Source of the DNA: Podarcis gaigeae
Lineage: Eukaryota
NCBI GenBank assembly: GCA_964106915.2
Contig: OZ066918.1
Length of the DNA stretch: 64,000 nucleotides
Strand: one strand, 5' to 3'
The notes below the pieces were generated by a model. That model ran no database searches, had not been told where the DNA came from, and saw nothing but the letters and a program-made list of their open reading frames with translations. This document shows positions 23,910 to 37,848 of the stretch, piece after piece. The translations under genes were made by a program, and so were the position numbers. Within the stretch, counting starts at the first letter, position 1; each line of letters begins with the position of its first letter.

Positions 23910-26900
23910 GTGACCAGGAGATCACTTACTTTCTTATCCTGGAATGTAGCTGGCATTAAACCTAAGCTGATGGACCCATCCTTTGTCGCCTACATAAAAG
24001 GCAGTCGTATTCTTTTACTGCAAGAGACCTGGGCTTGTGAGGGCTTCTCCTTATCAGGGTATAAGGGCTTCTACCTGAATGCACACCAGAATTCACTATC
24101 ACCTGGTAGACCACGAGGTGGACTGGCTACCTTAGTTTCTTTGGCCTTAAATCTGCAGGTGGAACAAATCGACATCCAGTCGTCATCCATGCTGGGTGTA
24201 AAGCTACAAACAGCGGAGGAAGTGTTCGTGGTGATTAATGTTTATTTGCACCCAACCTACAAGAAAAACCTGGTGGACCAAAGATGGAGGGGAATTCAAC
24301 TGACTCTTGAAACTCTCCTAGAGAAATATCCTGAAGCCTCCTTCCTAGTTGCAGGAGATTTCAATGGCCGATTGTCTCACTCTGATAAATCATTATTTGC
24401 TAAATATAATAAATATCCCCCACTACCCATTTTAACCTCAGACCTTTTACCCAGGAATTTTAAAGACAGTGTTGCTACATACGCAGGTTTTAAATGTAGA
24501 CAAACTTTGATGTCTCTTAATTTTCACCTTTTAAATGGAGCTCTCAGTTCTGATTACCCTGCCGAATTTACTTTCTGGTCAGGCTCCCGAGCCTCTACCA
24601 TAGATTTTATTTGGACATCAGTAGACCTAATTCCCAAAATTTCTAACTTTAGGGTGGTAACGAGGCTGGAAAGTGACCATTTTACATTAGAACTCTCTCT
24701 GACCCTGGATGGAGAATTGGCTACCTATTCCTGTGTGCCTATTACAAATAACCAGCTTCAGATGAGACCCACTGCATTAATAAGGACCAACAATTTGGCT
24801 CAACGGATAAATGAACTCCTTCGGTCTGACCAACTGCAAGAGACAAGGGACTCCCTTGTCCAGGCAGTTGAGCCACTGCCAATGTATGACAAATTAGTAG
24901 ATCTGCTAAAACCTTTGTTGACTAAGGCCTCGGTAATGAATAGTAACCATTTCTCTCATAAAAAGTGGTTTGATGAGGAATGTAGACACTTCAAGAACAA
25001 CCTATATAATGAATTCTTGGCATATAGGGCATCAAATGACCCCGCACCTAGCAGTCACCTTATGAACCTCAAGAGAAGGTATAAAGCACTATTAAAGGAA
25101 AAGAAGCTTGCGGCAGAAAGAAATGATTGGAACAATCTTCTAAAAGCTGCAGAAAATAGAAATCCCTCCTCCTTTTGGCACCAAATTTCTCAATACCTGG
25201 GTAGACCGTGGTCAAGGATAGAACCCCAAATTTCAGCTGACAACTGGGAAAGCTTCTTCTCCGATTTATATGCAGCTCATGCTGCCAGTGGAGAAAGGAT
25301 AGAATTGGCCCCCTTGCCTGAGTGGGATCCTGTTACCTGCTCTGAAGTGGAAACACTTATAGGCCAATTTGAGGCGGGCAAGGCACCCGGAGACGATCTT
25401 ATCTCCATAGATGTTATTAAAGCCAATAAGGATTGGTGGTGTCCACCCTTAGCAGCTCTTTTTACTTATATAAACAAAACAGCACAATTTCCTCCAAGCT
25501 GGAACTCTGCACTGATTGTGTTAATCCACAAGAAAGGGCCACGCACAGACCCGGCCAATTTTAGACCAATTAGCCTGCTAAATGTTATCAGGAAGATCTA
25601 TTCAAGATTTCTACTTAACAAATTAACGACCTGGATGGAAAGTAACAACATCATCGCAGAGGAACAGGCGGGTTTCCGCCCTGGAAGATCAACAACAGAC
25701 CAAATCTTGATCCTAAATCACTTGGCCACCAAGTATGCTGACAATGGCCTAAAAGCCCTCCACGTCGCCTTTATAGACTTTAAGCAGGCTTTTGATCTAA
25801 TTCCCAGGAACCAGCTATGGGCAAAATTGGCAGCGACATCTATCGACCGCCGCCTTCTCCTGCTGATTATTAATTTGCATACAAATACCTTCCTGAGGAT
25901 TAGGCTAGATAGCAAGGGGCTAATCTCCAATCCGGTTGCCACCACTAGAGGGGTAAGACAGGGCTGTTTGCTTGCCCCTGCCCTATTTAATTTCTATATT
26001 AATTCGCTAGTGGTGCATATGGCAAATACTGATTTCCATCCATCAAAACTGGCAGGACGAGCCTTGAATGTCCTGCTGTATGCGGACGATGCCGCCCTAT
26101 TAGCTACGTCCCCCATCGGATTAAGGAGGATGCTTCGAGCTCTTCATGAATATGTGACCCAACATGAGCTCCAACTAAATTATGCCAAAATAATGGTCTT
26201 TGCCGCTCGACCGAAACCTAATTTATGGTCAATTAATGGTATTCCTTTAGAGCAGGTCGGCTGCTTCAAATACCTGGGTCAGGTTGTTAGATCAAATAGG
26301 TCCTTCTTGGCGCACAGAGAATACATAGCCTCGAACGCATCGAAAGCAGCCTTGGTGATTAGAATCCTGTACTCTAAGAAACAGGCACAAACTGTCAAAG
26401 TTGCCTTGCGACTCTTTAAAATGAAAGTCCTCCCTCTTCTACTGGTGGGCATTGCCTTGGGCTCACGTAGGGACTTTGAAAAATTGGAATCTATCCAAAC
26501 CCAATTCCTCAGGGCCATACTCAGGATCCCCCCCTCCGTGGCAGGTGCGATCATGAGATTGGAAACCGGTTGCCAAGCCTTTAGGTATGTGGCCCTGAAA
26601 GCGAAGTTATGGCTTTGGCTTAGGCTTTGCTTCAGACCGGTGGGTTTGGCCCCCTTGATTCTGAGGGATAACTTTAAATCTCCATGGGAAGGGGAGATAG
26701 TGGAGGAAGTGCAGAAGTGCGGGTTGTCCTCCCTTTATATACAGTCCATGACGTATAACCACGCAAAGGCGGTGATCGCCCAAAGATTAAGGGATATTGC
26801 GAGACAGGAGGACATAGCCCGTGTGAAACCTGGGGGAGCAGATGTACCGAGCTGCTCCAGCTCGCTACCTGGCGGATATCCACTACGTGGAATACCGCAG

Positions 26901-27237
26901 ACTATTTACCACGGCTAGGCTGAATGTTCTTGACTCGGCGGTTCTGAAGGGAAGATATGGAGGAGTCCCATATGACCAGAGATTATGCCATTGTGCGTTG
27001 GGTGAGGTAGAATCCACAGAGCACATTTTAATGAGCTGTCCCTTCTACAACGATTTAAGACAGTATCTTATAACCCCATACTTACCCCAGCTTAGTCCCC
27101 GACAAAGAGGAAAGCAGACAGCATATCTGCTAAATAAGTCTTCTAGGAAAACAACTTTGTCAGTGGCTAAATTCCTTTTCCTGGCACTCAAGCGTTGGAA
27201 ACGTACAATTGAATGCCTTGATGTGGGTTATCTGTGA
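23910..27237 (+). CDS. LINE ORF2: AP endonuclease + reverse transcriptase + C-terminal CCHC-like knuckle, one +1 frameshift near 26832-26842
   Basis: APE motifs SWNV, LQETW, GDFN, STIDF, SDH. RT motifs PGDD, FRPISLL, QAGFR, FIDFKQAFD, GVRQGCLLAP, LYADD, FKYLG. ORF 26842..27237 supplies RLCHC...EH...C. Removing one G from the run at 26832-26836 joins the two into about 1108 aa. Confidence 0.93.
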
Positions 27238-30200
27238 GAGGTTTAGTGCTGTGGCCCTACCTTATTCATGTACCCCTATGATGTTTTAGTTCATAATTCT
27301 GTATTGTGTTTTATTTCTGTGTTTTATTTCTGACTATCGGTCGAATAAAGGAAATTGATTGATTGATTGATTGATTGATTGGTATAATGCAAAAATCTTT
27401 TCTGAGGAACAGCAAGGTCCCAGTAAAAAAACCAAAAACACCCACATTTGAATGCATAAATAAATCTATACGTGCATCAAAATGGTCTCAAGTTTGTTTT
27501 TAAAAAGGGGGGGAATATATCAGACTTTGACTCATTTACTTATGGGTACAGTGATATGAAGTTATATAGACAAATACACACACATCTTATACAGATGATG
27601 TAGCATGTGATCACATGGAGGCTGGTATGGGGACTGCATTTGAAGACCCAAACCCTGAGTGCCACACATTCATTGGAACTTATGAATGGTGCCCTTGGGC
27701 ATAAAGGTTGTATGGTCACGGGCTCCATTTCATAAAACTCATGGCTTGCATTTTTGCACAGTATTAATTATGTAGACAGAGTTTGAGGGGGCCCCTCCAT
27801 AAAGCGTGCTGCAGTGCGTCCTCTATTGCTGAGCCTAAGTCAGCTGTCAGCTGTTGCTTGAATTAGTACTGCCCACCATTGTTCCAACAAATTGGAGAAC
27901 ACCCCTGAAGACTAGGCTCCCCCTCCACCTGTCATGTAGTCTGCACAGGGAGACAGTGACTAGTAAGTTTTGACAAAAAAACCCACAGTGCCATCATACT
28001 TCACACTCTATTTCAGTAGCTGAATGGCACAAAGAGAATGCACAGTTTCTTCCTGCCCAAGTAGAAGCACACATAGTATGTTGACTTCATATGCTTTAGC
28101 TTTTTGCTTATTCACACATGCAGAAAGGTTGGCTGTTTGAAATACTGCCAAGTGGGGTCTGCTTCACATAGCAAGTAGTTTGGGAAATGCCTCTTCTTTA
28201 CAACTACTGTTTTTTAAGTGATATCTTAGACTCTTCTTGGCACAGACTTAAAGAATAAAACCACATGGATAAAAAGGCACATGCCAAAAGATTGGCACTT
28301 TAAAGGATGCTGCAAAAACACATCTAATCTTAGAAAAATCTATGAAATATTTCTTCTATTTATCAAACATGTTTGAAAAGACAAGAAAAGGGAAACAGTT
28401 CAGATGATAATGTGCCTCACTGTCTCTCCTATACATACAAATTGGGGACGGGAAGCAACATCTCACCTTCCAGGTCTTACAGACCTGTCCCACTAGACAC
28501 TTACTAGTGAGCATAATGTTTGACTAGGCCTTATGCACATTGCATTATAGCTGAGCTGAAAACACCAAGAGATGTTTTTCAGCTCAAAACAGCTGAAAAA
28601 TAGGCATGGGTCAAGGAGTAAATTGGGAGAGATTAAAAGAAATTTAGGGGGACTTATCGTTGGTGGGTGGCAGTAGGTGATTTTAAATTAATTATTTTTC
28701 TTCTGCCAAGCTTGTGAGAAGCAAAACTGCAGTTGGAGGCTGTTATTTTCTTTCCCCTATAGTCTTGTTCCTGGGCATTCTGGGGGGGGGGGATGGCTAT
28801 TGCCAAAATAATTATGGTGGTTCCCCACTAGAGACCTCCAATAGCCAATTGCTAGACTGTTTTGTAATGATACTAAATACATATGTATTTAAACGGTGCT
28901 ATTGCATGCCAAAAGTAACACTCTTCCCAAATATCTAAATAAATGTTGCCCTCTAGTAGCCCCCAAACTTCAGCACTCACAAATTTAGGTGCAAGCCTTT
29001 CATAACTGCCTTATGCAGAGTAGCTTCTATGTGGGTAGGCCTGAACAGAGTGATGAATATACCAGGCAAAATTCAGGCACATAAATGGGCAATATTGCCT
29101 TACACACCATCGATTGTACATATATGCACCCTAGTCAATCATTTTGTCCTAGCATAAATTACTGATTGCCCCAGAGGAGGCACTGGTGCACCAGAAGTGC
29201 AGGGACAGAAGCCACAGTTTTAGCTCTGCTAAATGTTTCCTAAATCTGTATGATATGGACCATTGCACTTGGATATGATCACCAAGGGTTATATCCAATG
29301 TGCAATAGACTTCTGCTTGTGCAATGGAGCTGACCCCCATGATTTGTGGGGCTAGTAGTGGGGTAAGAAGAAGTACCATTGTCTAAGTACAGGTCCACTT
29401 GTGTACACACACACACGACTCATTGGTCACTATTTACTACAATGCAGGCATTAGGAAGTTAAATACCCAATAAATAAGGTGCAAAACACACTACAGAAGT
29501 ATAGAAACTGAATTTTGTAATTAATTGTGAGATTCTCTCCTTGCTCCCCTTTTTGGCTTTAGTCTCAAATACATTTAACTTAATCCAACTCTAACTAAAG
29601 TTAAGGAAGGGGGAGAATCAGCCTTCATTATTTATTTGAAAGATCAGTAGACCATACCTCTAGTATTATTAAAGCTGTAATAACAACAGTCAGTCAATTG
29701 TGCTTTAACTATTAACATACAGTAACAGCCGCCCTTTGCCAGTTTTTGTTACCTCTACATAGCTTCGCAGGAGGCTAATCTACATTTCCTAGTTAAGTTC
29801 CTCCCTTCACATGAAAGTGCTTACACTTTGAGACAAATGTATCAGGGGGAAAAAGAATGTAAAAGGAGAGAAGACATTTTGAAAAGGATTTATGTGATTG
29901 CCCCAAATCCACCTCAATAATAGGAAACAAAATCAATATATTTAAAGCTATTTTAACAACTATAGGGTGAGCAATCTATTCAAAGATTTTATAACTTAGG
30001 TCGTGACATATTGGCATATCTTATAAAGCAACCGTCTCCTACATCTGCCATTTACAAATGTGTGTCTTTTTTCAATATTGATTCCATAAACAAAGCCTCT
30101 TCTTCCTTTGTAGCTGAAAGGGAAAGCAAAATGATGCAGGCATAACAGGAATGGGAACAAACAGCGACATCCGGACCCAATGTTGCTTTTTATTTATTTT

Positions 30201-31105
30201 TGACTGATTGATTTTCTTAATTAATCCAAAGTAGTTTGCATTACAACATCAAGGAGTGGGAAAACAAAAAATATCACTAGGGTCTTTTGTCAGACATAAC
30301 ATTTATGTGCAGTGTTAAATCTCTACGGCAGCTTTCATTTTATATGCAGGTCAAAAGCAAGCAATAATTCCTGGTGCTTGCAGCTGTGTTGATTCATCCA
30401 TTGGGTTCCATTGCTCTAATCTTCCTTTCATAACTGTACTGAATGGTGATTTTTGTTGACTGCTTTCATTGTGTGTGGCTATGCCTTGCATAAGCAAAAA
30501 CTGCTGCAGGTCCTTCTTGGCATACCTGCACTCCTGCTAATTCACTTATTTCCTGTCTCACAGCACTGCCTGCTGTTTCATCTCTAGGCTTCCTGTGGCC
30601 AGCCTCGCAACTACTGTGCCAACTTCTCTGAAATTATGCAGGATCTTTGTGCTGCCAATATACATATACTATGTGGCAATCTCCCTTTCTTACCTGTCTT
30701 AGGCTAAAATACCAAGTCTTTGCTTGCAAGATCCTGTATTCAGAACAACTGCAATAAATAATAAAAAGTACTGTTTGGGAGCTTAAGGGAGTATTTTTCA
30801 TGAAGAAAACAGTGGCATAATTTTGGTTATTGCTGCACCAATATGCATGGTATTAAGTCAGCCAACCCCCTAAGTGTGATTTCAGATGCATTTAGATTGG
30901 CAGTATCCCACTTAAGGCATTGTGTCTGAAGAGGGAACTGCATGGGAAGGGGGTGCAGGAGTGCCCTCCTAGTGTCCCTCTTATTGCCCACTCCATCCCT
31001 GACTATAGTGTGTTAAGCACAAAGGGCTGAAGTATATTCAGTTGACGGGCAGGGGGAAGATGACAGGAGCTGAGCAGTGTCTGGTTTGAAACAAGTCATC
31101 TCTCA

Positions 31106-31345
31106 AAGTGGTACCTCAGTTCCTGAACGCCTCCGTTGTTGAATGTTTCGGTTCTCAAATGCTGAAAACCCATAAGTAAATGCTTCCATTTCTGAACATT
31201 TTTCAGAACTCGAACATGCGACACGGCTTCCGCTGAGTGCAAGAAGCTCTTGCAACCAATGGGAATCTGCGCCTTGGTTTTTGAATGTTTTGGAAGCCGA
31301 ATGGTCTTCCAGAACAGATTACGTTCGACAACCAAGGTACCACTA
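31106..31345. mobile_element. Tigger/pogo-type MITE (degenerate ends)
   Basis: aAGTGGTACCTCAGTT ... AACCAAGGTACCACTa|TA inverted termini of the same TIR family as the element at 56447. Confidence 0.75.
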
Positions 31346-31449
31346 TATGGCCATTCAAGAGAGGGAGGGGTAGAGTGTAGGGGCACATGCCAGCAATTCA
31401 GAGAGGCTAAAGTACCATTGGCTAAAATGCAAGTGTCAAAGACATCTGA

Positions 31450-31551
31450 AAAGAAGTGTTTATATGCTTAACCTTCAAGCCAAGATGGGTACGCTAGAGT
31501 CTTAGATGGCAGCACAGACATAGTGGGCATAACAGAAACCTGGTGTAATGG
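31450..31551 (+). mobile_element. Short CR1 endonuclease-region fragment
   Basis: Degenerate KCLYA...AKMG.LE...DIVGITETW coding sequence (aagtgtttatatgct...gacatagtgggcataacagaaacctgg). Confidence 0.6.
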
Positions 31552-33199
31552 CACCATTTTTACTGCACTGATTCACCTCACCCAGGGAGAAAAGTAGTGG
31601 TAGTAAAAAAGAAAAAGAAAAGGAAAAGGTTGCCATAGGGATGATAGGAGGTAGGAGAGAGTGAAGGAGAAGAGGAAACTCAAGTGCATGAGTTGTTGTT
31701 GGCATCTGTCTGACTTGGGAGAAAAAGAGTGTGTGTGCCAGCAGAGCAAATAGAGGTGGAAGAGAAGAGGATGGGAGCCGAGATAGTTGTAGGTGTGTGA
31801 TGTCAGTCAAATTTGGGAGGCAAAAGGGGCAATGAATGAGGACAAATGGGAGGAAGGCCTAGAAGTGTCCTATACTAATAGCATGACACCTGTGAAATTT
31901 TGTGGGCAGTTCCCTAGTAATTTCTAGAAACAAGCTGATAGCTTCCAAGGTATCCAATCTAGTTAATGGATTGTTCCATATGCTAGCCTGCAAAATATGG
32001 GCAAGTAAAAGTAGCATTTAATCTTCATTAAGTTTTCCTTTAGAAACTTCAGATTTTTCTGTAAAATAACTATTGCTAGACTTTTCCACTGTGTCCTAAA
32101 CGTGCCAAAATGTAATGATGTGGTAAGAAATGCCATATGTATGTGTTGCAGTGACCAGCATCACAGAGATATGAAATTCTTATAGCAGAACAGTCCTCTG
32201 CCTTGAAAGCTCTGACTCTGCATTTTTAGTAGCTTAAGCTCCTCATTGCACAACACGTTTGCTGGGAGATTGAGTGGTAGACCAGCTTCTGTCTAAGAGC
32301 AGCTGTATCCAAGGTTCTAGGAAGGACTAAATTATAGCTCTCCAAGACTTTGGGCAGTAAACAAAATAAACCAGACAACAGGAATATAAAGGGCAATAAG
32401 GTAATGAATAAATTATCTGGAAAGAGCCAAGTGCCAATGGTGCGGCAGCAAGTGAAGGAAATAACGAACTCAAGGTCTGGCTATGTAGTTTGGATGAAAT
32501 ATTGAACCACATGGAGAGAACAATCTAGGAGCAAAATAAATTCTCAAGAATGAAGAGCTGAGAACGTGTCATTGCAAACAATAAAAAAAACACCTGGAAA
32601 CCAAACTTTAGGGATAGGGGTAGATGCAAAGATTATAAATCTTGGTTTCAAATCTTTGTGGGCTAGTTCAGAGTAAGGAAAAATATGAAGAAAAATAAGA
32701 ATCTTACAAAATATTTCACCCAAACATATAATTTAATGTATACTAAACAAAGATAGCAGTGAAGTAGATAAATTTATATCTGCTTCAGCCAAGTAAGCAA
32801 TAACTAAATTTACACTTACTTGGAAATAAATCACACTGATATCAGTGAGGCTCACTTTGAGTAAACATGCTTAGGCTAGATTTGTAGAACTGTAGGGTTC
32901 AATGGAATTAAAAGGTCAGTTAGTCCAAGTTGGTACAGAGACTTCACATTCAGGCATCAGTCCCTGTTATATTAATTATGGTTTATCACAAATAGTGATC
33001 CTGAGGAGCAAAACATATAATGCTAGGGGTGTTTAGTAGGTCATGAAAGAGGTTTACTAAAGCAAATCCAAAAAGGCAAAAGGTAACAAGACATGGAACA
33101 TTCCACAGGACAAGGTGAAAACCTGATTCTGATCAGTCATTGCTTTCAAAGTGTGTTCTTCTTGTTTAATTTTCTTGTTGCATTTGCCTCAGAAAATGA

Positions 33200-33560
33200 A
33201 TCTATTTTATTATTTATTTAATGTATTTACATCCCACCTGTCCCCCAAGTTGGGATTCAAGGCAGCTTACAACATTTAAAAAATGTTATTATAAAATCTA
33301 AAGTAATGAAAACAAATTAGTTAAAAACAATAAATACAATGAAGAACATTGAGAACCAGCATCAAAATATCAATTGCCCTGACAGCAGCCCAATATCGTC
33401 TGCATCTAGTTTTCAAAGGCATCTCTGAATATGAAGGTCTTAGATTGCCAAGGAAAGATAACAAGAAGGGAGCCAATCTAACCTCTCTTGGGGGGGGGGG
33501 GGAGATTCCGCAATATAGAGCAGCCACAATAAAGGCTCTCTCGTTTGCCAACACAAGAGC
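33200..33560 (-). mobile_element. L2-like LINE 3' fragment
   Basis: (TTAT)n tail, then atcccacct...caaggcagcttaca and ggagcca.tctaacctctct.ggg.ggga.ttcc..a..gagcagccac..aaaggc.ctc motifs. Confidence 0.55.
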
Positions 33561-35061
33561 AGTAGCAGACTATGAACAGCATGTGTTAAGCTAAGACCTG
33601 GTCCACAAAACCCAGAAGATTGTGTGATAAAAATATTCCTGGACTTCACTACTTCACTCATTTATTTATTTTTAGGCGGGTAGAATAGCAAGATTCAATG
33701 CCCAACTGAGTACAACAACAATCCCCTCCACATTAAACACACACACACACACATATATCAGAGAGAAGAATGAGTATGAGATTTTGTGTAAGAAGGTTTT
33801 TCTTTGAGAGGGAGAGGTTCATAGGCAAAAAATATCAGTCATGAGATCCACGTGTGAAATATGGAATGGTATGGTACAGCAATAGTTTTACTGCTTGATC
33901 TAGTAAGTTGTGGAGTTCAAGGCAAAGGAAATACCCAGAGCTGCAAACCAATCTCAGTATTAAAAGCCCCATAGCAATATTGTAGAAGATCCAACAATAT
34001 CAGATTGAGTAGTAGAAGAAGAAGACAACACATTTTGAGGTGCTGTTTGCAAGATAAGAGAAAAGAAACCAGCCACATCCTCTAGGCTTGTGCCAGTCCT
34101 GTGAGAGAACAAATGGCAGACCTTCTGACTGATTCAGCAAAGATCAGCACGAATGGTGCTATAGAGAGGCAGGCTTGAGATGGTTTACTATTTACAGTAA
34201 AGCACTGTAGGTTAGTTTCTATATTTTCAGCTTGCATATGGGAAATCTATTGACTTGTCCTGCTATTTGCAATTAAGCCCTAGCTATTAGCACTAAGGAA
34301 CAGATAACTCATTGCTACTTTTAGTTAAGGCCTGAACGCAATATATGTTAGTGAATTCACTTAAGAAATTTCAGATCTAATTAGAAATTGATTTTTCTCT
34401 TTTTATTGTATTGTTTAAAGAGGGAAACAATACATTTGCATTTAAACTTTCAAACCCAAGCCATAAAAACAGGTATTGAGAAAAAAGTTGTAACAATTTA
34501 AGTGGGTACACATTATTGTGTATCTTGTCATCTCAAAGCATTAGGAATATTACTCTTTTTCTAACAAAAAAATACTGTCCATCTACCTACCTTCTCTGAC
34601 CCTGTCCTAATGCCTTGTGTAGGGTTTCCAAACTCTCGCCAGCCAGCTGTCAAGTGGGTGCTTGGGAACTGCAGCGCAAAGGGCGCTGCCAGTCCTATGC
34701 TCAGCACTTGGGGAAGGATTCATCAGAGGGCTGGCAAAGCACATATTTCTCCTCCTTCCTTTCTCCCCCTCCTACATTTCACAGGCTTTCTTTGGCTGTG
34801 TACACACGTTCCCTAGATGGAGTAATTGATTTTATTTTTTTAAAACTTTGTACACAAAGTTAATTTTTATCCAAGGTACCATCACAAGGTCCAAGTCTCA
34901 ATCAACATAATAGTACCTAAGTTCCTTTCCCAATCCCCTTAGCAGAAAGTAGGTCTTATTTCTAATTTTATCATCATTTTATACAAGACCTTTTGAATTA
35001 CTACTACAGATTAATACTTCAAATCTGTCTTATTCCTCAATAGACATTACCAGTATACATA

Positions 35062-35426
35062 AAAAAGGTAAAGGACCCCTGACAGTTAAGTCCAGTTGCA
35101 AACGACTCTGGGGTTGCTGCGCTCATCTCGCTTTACTGGCCGAGGGAGCCAGCGTTTATCCAGAGACAGCTTTCCTGGGTCATGTGGCCAGCATGACTAA
35201 GCTGTTTCTGGCGAAACCAGAGTAGTGCACGGAAATGCCGTTTACCTTCCCGCTGGAGCGGTTCCTATTTATCTACTTGCACTTTGACGTGCTTTCGAAC
35301 TGCTAGGTAGGCAGGAGCTGGGACCAAGCAATGGGAGCTCACCCCATCGCAGGGATTCGAACCACCGACCTTCCGATCGGTAAGCCCTAGGCTCAGTGGT
35401 TTAGACCACAGCGCCACCCGTGTCCC
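35062..35426 (-). mobile_element. Sauria SINE (Squam1), full length
   Basis: Same head and tail as the copy at 9365. TSD acc(a/g)gtatacata at 35049-35061 and 35428-35440. Confidence 0.93.
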
Positions 35427-36854
35427 AACCGGTATACATATTTTATGACAAATCTGGAAATACTGATGCAAAAGTACTCTCCAGCTTCCCATAAATTCCA
35501 TATGTATAATGTTTAAAACTATTGTTCTGCACTAGGTTTCCTATCCAGACATATATTCCTCTCAAGCCTCAATATTTCCTAAGGTATCATTACCCTTGAT
35601 TTCTTTATTTTCTTATACTGCTGTTAAATAAAATAAACTGAGGAAATTTACAGATTTTTAAAACTTGGCCCATACAGAGGACACTACCTTGCAGGACAAC
35701 CTGAAGTGACAATAGGGGTGTGCATGAAGTGCGTGTGGGGTGTCAATGTGCACTGAAAAGTCCTACTGGCTTGTGCTGGCCAGGTAGGGAAAGGGAGGGC
35801 AGATGTTCTGAATTTTTCCCACATGGATCTTTGCTTTTTTTTAGTATTTCCTTATTGGCTCCAATGGAGGGAAATTAGTTACATCATATTGAGACTGGCA
35901 AAGGAAGGCTGATTCTGGGGCTTCTTCCATGAACGAAGGGCCCTTGGACCCACCAGATCCTAGGCCATCTCCATACTATCCCTGTTCCATGCAGAGCTTT
36001 CAGTGGGTATAATTGGGGCCTTTGGGGCATAGGCATCTTCACCTCAGATGACTCCATTAGTTGATATTACAAATATAAATACATATAATTCAGTACTGGG
36101 TATATCAGGACTATAGGCATAGACACACCTCCATTAATGGGTAAATAGTAATGGATGAGGATTTGATCCCCCCCCACTTTGAGGGAGATGAACCAACACT
36201 CCATTTTCTATCCATATAAATAGAAAAGTCTTAGTTTGAGATCTTAGGGGTTAGAAGGCAGGACATAACTACTTGGTACCCAGAGTTTGCTGTACTTTGT
36301 ACTGTGCTTTCACTTTGGTTTTAATGGTGTACTTCTCATGAGAAGAAGCAGATGATGAAATAACAGCAACAATCTCTAGTCTATGTCCTATATTAAATTG
36401 GGAATATTTATTCCAGTTTCAGAGTTTCCTTTGTGGCTATTTGAATTGCAGAATTTCCAGAGCATCTATATTTATATTGTGTGGCTACATAGTATTCCCC
36501 AGGCTGTTTATTGAAATGTTCCAAACTGCATTTCCATCACATATAATTATCCACTATAATTAGCCCCACTGTGGCATACTAGTCAATAATATAGGGGCTG
36601 GGAAGTGGCAGCTCTCGAACAAATCTGACCCTCTGAAGGGCAAGGCTTCAGCTGCCAACAGCAAATTTAAGTTTGCTTCCCTTGCCTTCTTACCTGACAC
36701 AAACATTTTAGGCACTGGGGAGAGGAAGAGCAAAAGTTGAGGGCAAAATAGGGAAGAAATAACAGCTGTACATTCGGTGATGAAGCAGAGCAAACACCCT
36801 CAGGAAACTCTCCAAGAAACATAGTAGTCAACAAGGAACATAGGAAGTTGCCTT

Positions 36855-37012
36855 TGTCCATGTAGTTCAGTATTGTCTACACTGGCTGACAGCAGCTCTT
36901 CAGGGTTTCAAATAACAGACATTCCCAGACTTGCCTAGAGGCACTGAGGATTGAACCCAGGACCATCTACATGCAAAGTTGTTGCCTAATAATTTTTCTA
37001 TGGACCTTTCCT
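36855..37012 (-). mobile_element. Squam3-like SINE
   Basis: Plus strand has cagtattgtctacactg.ctg.cagcagctct.cagggtttca...ggattgaacccaggacc.tc..catgcaa, the reverse complement of a tRNA-derived head with B box. Confidence 0.65.
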
Positions 37013-37790
37013 TCTGCTAGAGTAAATATGATGTACTAAATCTTTTCAACTAAATCGCTAATGCCAAGCCAACCTATGTGGGTTGCAAATCAGAGAGGGG
37101 AGATTTTAGCAATAGGGAGGAGGTAAGCCTTTGCTGAATAGTCAATGCCAGCACTTCTTTGGGTGGCCATCCTGAAGTCCCTTCAGGATGATGCTATGTA
37201 ACATCATTTAGAGAAATGGTTTAGAAGCAAAATGGGGTTATTTCCCCACGTCCCACTTTGAGTAGAACGTTCACTGTAGCAGACTTCCATCTCAGAGAGA
37301 CTCTAACAATTACAGTTGGTGTGCTGGTTTAAAACACATACTGCTATGTTTTAATCCTAATGCCCATCCTTTTTCTAAGCCCATCCTGGCAAACCTAAAA
37401 GAATCCCTTTTTTATATTTTACTGGAGGCAGTCTTGAGTTCCCATATTAGGTGGAAAGGCAGGCAAAAACAAACTAGACAGGATCATCTGGGCACAGTAC
37501 TTTGCAAACAGTTTCAAATGTGGCGTCTTTATAATGAATAGTTCCTTATAAAAATGTACATATGTATACACAGGTGTGGTACTAGTCTTTATTTGACTGG
37601 TCTTCTGAGAAGTGTGAAGAAGCTGGAAAGGGGTTAACAGTTTGAACGGTAAACATAAAGGAAGCGCAACAAACCATGCCTTGTCAGCTTTGTTCTAATT
37701 TTCCTGGCACAAAGCAACAACTCAAAGGAAGCCAGCCTTTTCAGTGGCGGAGCAAAAAATGCTTATTAGCTCACTAGGCAAGGCAAAAAG

Positions 37791-37792
37791 GA

Positions 37793-37848
<56 letters not shown>

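Larger units (their letters stand above)
23400..27381 (+). mobile_element. Young 5'-truncated non-LTR retrotransposon (LINE), probably RTE-X clade, antisense to ATRNL1
   Basis: Perfect 10-bp TSD gtataatgca at 23390-23399 and 27382-27391. Contains a partial ORF1, an APE+RT ORF2 and a 3' UTR ending in a small stem-loop, aataaag and a (TTGA)n tail. The clade call rests on the C-terminal GRY...RLC.C..E..EH....C..Y..LR motif and the microsatellite tail. Confidence 0.93.
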
